This document shows, in pieces, positions 58,424-64,000 of a stretch of DNA of 64,000 nucleotides (its first letter is position 1; each line of letters opens with the position of its first letter). The notes under the pieces were generated by a model. That model made no database searches and was not told the origin of the DNA. It saw only the letters and a program-made list of their open reading frames with translations. A program made the translations under genes and the position numbers. This DNA is from Auanema rhodensis (lineage: Eukaryota > Animalia > Nematoda): the NCBI GenBank assembly GCA_964057225.1, contig CAXKVF010000073.1:496001-560000 (forward strand), read 5' to 3'.

Positions 58424-60535
58424 ATACCAAGTGCACATCACGTGTACATTTAATTAGCATAAATTAAAGTTCACGTAAATTTCAAAGTCATGGTTACCAT
58501 GCACCAATATCAATAAAATTTTGTTTTTAGACTAATATGGACATGGGGAATCTAATTTTGAAAACCGCATCTCTTTATCTTTCACGTGAAGCGAGTTACA
58601 TACCAAGTGCACATCACGTGTACATTTAATTAGCATAAATTAAAGTTCACGTAAATTTCAAAGTCATGGTTACCATACACCAATATCAATAAAAATTTGT
58701 TTTTAGACTAATATGGACATGGGGAATCTAATTTTGAAAACCGCATCTCTTTATCTTTCACGTGAAGCGAGTTACATACCAAGTGCACATCACGTGTACA
58801 TTTAATTAGCATAAATTAAAGTTCACGTAAATTTCAAAGTCATGGTTACCATGCACCAATATCAATAACAATTTGTTTTTAGACTAATATGGACATGGGG
58901 AATCTAATTTTGAAAACCGCATCTCTTTATCTTTCACGTGAAGCGAGTTACATACCAAGTGCACATCACGTGTACATTTAATTAGCATAAATTAAAGTTC
59001 ACGTAAATTTCAAAGTCATGGTTACCATGAACCAATATCAATAAAAATTTGTTTTCAGACTAATATGGACATGGGGAATCTAATTTTGAAAACCGCATCT
59101 CTTTATCTTTCACGTGAAGCGAGTTACATACCAAGTGCACATCACGTGTACATTTAATTTGCATAAATTAAAGTTCACGTAAATTTCAAAGTCATGGTTA
59201 CCATGCACCAATATCAATAAAAATTTGTTTTTAGACTAATATGGACATGGGGAATCTAATTTTGAAAACCGCATCTCTTTATCTTTCACGTGAAGCGAGT
59301 TACATACCAAGTGCACATCACGTGTACATTTAATTAGCATAAATTAAAGTTCACGTAAATTTCAAAGTCATGGTTACCATGCACCAATATCAATAAAATT
59401 TTGTTTTTAGACTAATATGGACATGGGGAATCTAATTTTGAAAACCGCATCTCTTTATCTTTCACGTGAAGCGAGTTACATACCAAGTGCACATCACGTG
59501 TACATTTAATTAGCATAAATTAAAGTTCACGTAAATTTCAAAGTCATGGTTACCATGCACCAATATCAATAAAATTTTGTTTTTAGACTAATATGGACAT
59601 GGGGAATCTAATTTTGAAAACCGCATCTCTTTATCTTTCACGTGAAGCGAGTTACATACCAAGTGCACATCACGTGTACATTTAATTAGCATAAATTAAA
59701 GTTCACGTAAATTTCAAAGTCATGGTTACCATACACCAATATCAATAAAAATTTGTTTTTAGACTAATATGGACATGGGGAATCTAATTTTGAAAACCGC
59801 ATCTCTTTATCTTTCACGTGAAGCGAGTTACATACCAAGTGCACATCACGTGTACATTTAATTAGCATAAATTAAAGTTCACGTAAATTTCAAAGTCATG
59901 GTTACCATGCACCAATATCAATAACAATTTGTTTTTAGACTAATATGGACATGGGGAATCTAATTTTGAAAACCGCATCTCTTTATCTTTCACGTGAAGC
60001 GAGTTACATACCAAGTGCACATCACGTGTACATTTAATTAGCATAAATTAAAGTTCACGTAAATTTCAAAGTCATGGTTACCATGAACCAATATCAATAA
60101 AAATTTGTTTTCAGACTAATATGGACATGGGGAATCTAATTTTGAAAACCGCATCTCTTTATCTTTCACGTGAAGCGAGTTACATACCAAGTGCACATCA
60201 CGTGTACATTTAATTTGCATAAATTAAAGTTCACGTAAATTTCAAAGTCATGGTTACCATGCACCAATATCAATAAAAATTTGTTTTTAGACTAATATGG
60301 ACATGGGGAATCTAATTTTGAAAACCGCATCTCTTTATCTTTCACGTGAAGCGAGTTACATACCAAGTGCACATCACGTGTACATTTAATTAGCATAAAT
60401 TAAAGTTCACGTAAATTTCAAAGTCATGGTTACCATGCACCAATATCAATAAAAATTTGTTTTTAGACTAATATGGACATGGGGAATCTAATTTTGAAAA
60501 CCGCATCTCTTTATCTTTCACGTGAAGCGAGTTAC
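58424..60535. repeat. Local duplication (5-mer at 1056-bp offset) private to copy 2 of the 14-kb unit
   Basis: The order 96T, 78A, 94C, 105C, 33T occurs at 58424-59303 and at 59480-60359, a net gain of 7 monomers relative to copy 1. Confidence 0.78.
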
Positions 60536-63500
60536 ATACCAAGTGCACATCACGTGTACATTTAATTAGCATAAATTAAAGTTCACGTAAATTTCAAAGT
60601 CATAGTTACCATGAACCAATATCAATAAAAATTTGTTTTTAGACTAATATGGACATGGGGAATCTAATTTTGAAAACCGCATCTCTTTATCTTTCACGTG
60701 AAGCGAGTTACATACCAAGTGCACATCACGTGTACATTTAATTAGCATAAATTAAAGTTCACGTAAATTTCAAAGTCATGGTTACCATGAAGCAATATCA
60801 ATAAAAATTTCTTTTAGACTAATATGGACATGGGAAATCTAATTTTGAAAACCGCATCTCTTTATCTTTCACGTGAAGCGAGTTACATACCAAGTGCACA
60901 TCACGTGTACATTTAATTAGCATAAATTAAAGTTCACGTAAATTTCAAAGTCATGGTTACCATGAACCAATATCAATAAAAATTTGTTTTTAGACTAATA
61001 TGGACATGGGGAATCTAATTTTGAAAACCGCATCTCTTTATCTTTCACGTGAAGCGAGTTACATACCAAGTGCACATCACGTGTACATTTAATTAGCATA
61101 AATTAAAGTTCACGTAAATTTCAAAGTCATGGTTACCATGCACCAATATCAATAAAAATTTGTTTTTAGACTAATATGGACATGGGGGATCTAATTTTGA
61201 AAACCGCATCTGTTTATCTTTCACGTGAAGCGAGTTACATACCAAGTGCACATCACGTGTACATTTAATTAGCATAAATTAAAGTTCACGTAAATTTCAA
61301 AGTCATGGTTACCATGAACCAATATCAATAAAAATTTGTTTTTAGACTAATATGGACATGGGGGATCTAATTTTGAAAACCGCATCTCTTTATCTTTCAC
61401 GTGAAGCAAGTTACATACCAAGTGCACATCACGTGTACATTTAATTAGCATAAATTAAAGTTCACGTAAATTTCAAAGTCATGGTTACCATGAACCAATA
61501 TCAATAAAAATTTGTTTTTAGACTAATATGGACATGGGGAATCTAATTTTGAAAACCGCATCTCTTTATCTTTCACGTGAAGCGAGTTACATACCAAGTG
61601 CACATCACGTGTACATTTAATTAGCATAAATTAAAGTTCACGTAAATTTCAAAGTCATGGTTACCATGAACCAATATTAATAAAAATTTGTTTTTAGACT
61701 AATATGGACATGGGGAATCTAATTTTGAAAACCGCATCTCTTTATCTTTCACGTGAAGCGAGTTACATACCAAGTGCACATCACGTGTACATTTAATTAG
61801 CATAAATTAAAGTTCACGTAAATTTCAAAGTCATGGTTACCATGCACCAATATCAATAAAAATTTGTTTTTAGACTAATATGGACATGGGGAATCTAATT
61901 TTGAAAACCGCATCTCTTCATCTTTCACGTGAAGCGAGTTACATACCAAGTGCACATCACGTGTACATTTAATTAGCATAAATTAAAGTTCACGTAAATT
62001 TCAAAGTCATGGTTACCATTCACCAATATCAATAAAAATTTGTTTTTAGACTAATATGGACATGGGGAATCTAATTTTGAAAACCGCATCTCTTTATCTT
62101 TCACGTGAAGCGAGTTACATACCAAGTGCACATCACGTGTACATTTAATTAGCATAAATTAAAGTTCACGTAAATTTCAAAGTCATGGTTACCATGAACC
62201 AATATCAATAAAAATTTGTTTTTAGACTAATATGGACATGGGGAATCTAATTTTGAAAACCGCATCTCTTTATCTTTCCGTGAAGCGAGTTACATACCAA
62301 GTGCACATCACGTGTACATTTAATTAGCATAAATTAAAGTTCACGTAAATTTCAAAGTCATGGTTACCATGCACCAATATCAATAAAATTTTGTTTTTAG
62401 ACTAATATGGACATGGGGAATCTAATTTTGAAAACCGCATCTCTTTATCTTTCACGTGAAGCGAGTTACATACCAAGTGCACATCACGTGTACATTTAAT
62501 TAGCATAAATTAAAGTTCACGTAAATTTCAAAGTCATGGTTACCATGCACCAATATCAATAAAATTTTGTTTTTAGACTAATATGGACATGGGGAATCTA
62601 ATTTTGAAAACAGCATCTCTTCATCTTTCACGTGAAGCGAGTTACATACCAAGTGCACATCACGTGTACATTTAATTAGCATAAATTAAAGTTCACGTAA
62701 ATTTCAAAGTCATGGTTACCATGCACCAATATCAATAAAAATTTGTTTTTAGACTAATATGGACATGGGGAATCTAATTTTGAAAACCGCATCTCTTTAT
62801 CTTTCACGTGAAGCGAGTTACATACCAAGTGCACATCACGTGTACATTTAATTAGCATAAATTAAAGTTCACGTAAATTTCAAAGTCATGGTTACCATGC
62901 ACCAATATCAATAAAAATTTGTTTTTAGACTAATATGGACATGGGGAATCTAATTTTGAAAACCGCATCTCTTTATCTTTCACGTGAAGCGAGTTACATA
63001 CCAAGTGCACATCACGTGTACATTTAATTAGCATAAATTAAAGTTCACGTAAATTTCAAAGTCATGGTTACCATACACCAATATCAATAAAAATTTGTTT
63101 TTAGACTAATATGGACATGGGGAATCTAATTTTGAAAACCGCATCTCTTTATCTTTCACGTGAAGCGAGTTACATACCAAGTGCACATCACGTGTACATT
63201 TAATTAGCATAAATTAAAGTTCACGTAAATTTCAAAGTCATGGTTACCATGCACCAATATCAATAAAAATTTGTTTTTAGACTAATATGGACATGGGGAA
63301 TCTAATTTTGAAAACCGCATCTCTTTATCTTTCACGTGAAGCGAGTTACATACCAAGTGCACATCACGTGTACATTTAATTAGCATAAATTAAAGTTCAC
63401 GTAAATTTCAAAGTCATGGTTACCATGAACCAATATCAATAAAAATTTGTTTTCAGACTAATATGGACATGGGGAATCTAATTTTGAAAACCGCATCTCT

Positions 63501-64000
63501 TTATCTTTCACGTGAAGCGAGTTACATACCAAGTGCACATCACGTGTACATTTAATTAGCATAAATTAAAGTTCACGTAAATTTCAAAGTCATGGTTACC
63601 ATGCACCAATATCAATAAAAATTTGTTTTTAGACTAATATGGAAATGGGGAATCTAATTTTGAAAACCGCATCTCTTCATCTTTCACGTGAAGCGAGTTA
63701 CATACCAAGTGCACATCACGTGTACATTTAATTAGCATAAATTAAAGTTCACGTAAATTTCAAAGTCATGGTTACCATTCACCAATATCAATAAAAATTT
63801 GTTTTTAGACTAATATGGACATGGGGAATCTAATTTTGAAAACCGCATCTCTTTATCTTTCACGTGAAGCGAGTTACATACCAAGTGCACATCACGTGTA
63901 AATTTAATTAGCATAAATTAAAGTTCACGTAAATTTCAAAGTCATGGTTACCATTCACCAATATCAATAAAAATTTGTTTTTAGACTAATATGGACATGG

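Larger units (their letters stand above)
33969..62821. repeat. ~14-kb near-tandem duplication within the array (80 vs 79 monomers)
   Basis: 33969-48042 and 48923-62821 share the order of rare markers: 136A+140T at 35729/50683, 118G at 36257/51211, 135G at 36609/51563, 139G at 40830/54729 (monomer starts). Confidence 0.85.
1..64000. repeat. 176-bp AT-rich tandem satellite array (363 full monomers + 1 partial), putative centromeric/pericentromeric
   Basis: ATACCAAGTGCAC recurs at 1, 177, 353, 529... with an exact 176-bp period up to 36961. After that, 11 single-base deletions shift the phase, so the last monomer starts at 63878 rather than 63889. Consensus GC is ~56/176. The satellite call is direct; the centromeric role is inferred. 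Confidence 0.98.

Noticed and set aside
1-64000. Protein-coding or repeat-encoded ORFs
   Set aside because: Consensus monomers have stops in all three + frames (TAA 28, TAG 32, TAA 42) and all three - frames (TTA at 27, 31, 41), so no long ORF can exist.
1-64000. CRISPR array or other repeat-spacer cassette system
   Set aside because: There are no unique spacers; the entire 176 bp is repeated with only a few substitutions, and no cas, integrase or other gene is present.
1-64000. Hidden insertion, retrotransposon, inversion or telomeric tract
   Set aside because: Monomer phase accounts for the full length (363 x 176 - 11 + 123 = 64000) and orientation never changes.
1-64000. Variant order as an information-bearing code
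   Set aside because: Nested tandem duplications plus occasional conversion account for the order; nothing suggests a readout mechanism.

Overview
The whole 64-kb window is one uninterrupted head-to-tail array of an AT-rich (~68% AT) 176-bp satellite monomer: 363 complete monomers plus a 123-bp partial one, all in the same orientation. It has no genes, transposon insertions, inversions or unique sequence. Consensus (numbered from window position 1): ATACCAAGTGCACATCACGTGTACATTTAATTAGCATAAATTAAAGTTCACGTAAATTTCAAAGTCATGGTTACCATG(A/C)ACCAATATCAATAAAAATTTGTTTTTAGACTAATATGGACATGGGGAATCTAATTTTGAAAACCGCATCTCTTTATCTTTCACGTGAAGCGAGTTAC. Monomers differ from consensus at about 0-5 sites. Nucleosome-scale length, homogeneity and higher-order repeats (HORs) fit a eukaryotic centromeric or pericentromeric satellite; I cannot assign a species or named family. 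Manual SNP typing resolves three layers: a left domain (~1-19.5 kb, markers fading out by ~28 kb) of nested 8/12/23-mer HORs, a more heterogeneous middle domain (~19.5-36.8 kb), and a right domain (~36.8-64 kb) with 175-bp marker monomers. A ~14-kb near-tandem duplication covers ~34-63 kb. The monomer has several palindromes, three TCACGT cores and a CENP-B-box-like 17-mer. I found no new gene system; the interest lies in array architecture and motif content. All counts are manual and should be recomputed.
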